A stretch of DNA of 64,000 bases from positions 5,890,001-5,954,000 of the forward strand of contig NW_027270917.1 in assembly GCF_040938485.1 (NCBI RefSeq). Reading direction: 5' to 3'. Under the pieces are notes generated by a model, which did not search any database, was not told the DNA's origin, and saw only the letters and a list, made by a program, of their open reading frames with translations. The stretch comes from Diadema antillarum. Its lineage: Eukaryota. Shown piece by piece: positions 63,169-64,000 of this stretch. The position numbers and the translations under genes were made by a program. Numbering within the stretch: the stretch's first letter is position 1; every line of letters starts with the position of its first letter.

Positions 63169-64000
63169 TTTAAAAGAAACCTGTACTGACATTTTCTACT
63201 TGTCTGATAATTCTAATCTACATTTTTTGATGCCTACAACTGGAAAGAGAGGATTCTAAAACCCAGGATAAGCCTGTGATGATTTTTTGAAAAAAATGAA
63301 AACAAGCAAGCCAAGGAACGATCCACACAATGTGGCATACGTCACAGGTGCCAACCTCCGACTTTAGCAAAACGAACTACACATGTCAATTTACTGATGA
63401 AATCTCACACGAAGTACTGCAAAAACTGTTATTTAGTAAAATTGCAATATGGAGCTGAAATAAACATGTTAAACAATATTTATTAATTTTTAAAAGGAAT
63501 CTCTTCAAAAGCTTTTTATTTAGATAAAATTTATGGGGAATATTCCAGATATGCAAAATGAAATTGGCATCTTGTCCGAACGTGCTGCCCATAGAAAACT
63601 GTGTGTACATAAGTCCCGTAAGTAACGTTGCACTAACTATGCATTGATGATGAGCGATAATGGTTCGACATCACAGTTCAAACTATCTAACGAAGATGAG
63701 GACTGAGTGATTCTTAAAATCTAAATCCAAAAAATAGTCAACGGCAATCACGGTTTACGCCTAGTTAGAAGAAAACGGCACTCAGTACATATAGACTCTA
63801 GACTAGAACTAGGACCAGGACTAGTGAGCAGTCAAGGACCGAGAAGATTCTACTCGCCGCCCCGTCGACAGCTGTACGTGCACAGCGCTAATAATAGGCA
63901 CAGCGTAAACGTTTGGTATGCAATACCCTGCTGCCAGAACTTGAAGAAAGTCCAGACGAAAGTCCAGACTCCAAGGTCTAGCGTTGCCGCTAGATCTAGG

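Overview
Repeat-rich, AT-rich animal genomic DNA from a gapped scaffold (11 N-runs). The repeat types suggest a marine invertebrate deuterostome such as a sea urchin (inference). Four intron-containing genes were reconstructed by hand from GT-AG signals and reading frame. They are glutathione S-transferase omega (+, 4980-12635, 6 exons), mitochondrial malonate-CoA ligase ACSF3 (-, 20191-27864, 5 coding exons), the ER microprotein TRIQK (+, 31552-34013, head-to-head with ACSF3) and an unnamed ~364-aa protein (-, 38302-49746, 5 exons). The unnamed protein joins a type II signal-anchor and a long acidic stalk to a C-terminal ML (MD-2/NPC2/GM2A-like lipid-binding) domain, and it is the best candidate for something undescribed. 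The rest is a dense set of non-autonomous DNA transposons: TTAA Kolobok-like, TA Tc1/mariner-like, 8-bp-TSD hAT-like and Helentron/DINE-1-like elements, several nested. One hAT MITE splits the ACSF3/TRIQK bidirectional promoter. No autonomous transposase, tRNA, rRNA or CRISPR array was found. Most short ORFs in the supplied track are artefacts of N-gaps, microsatellites or repeats.
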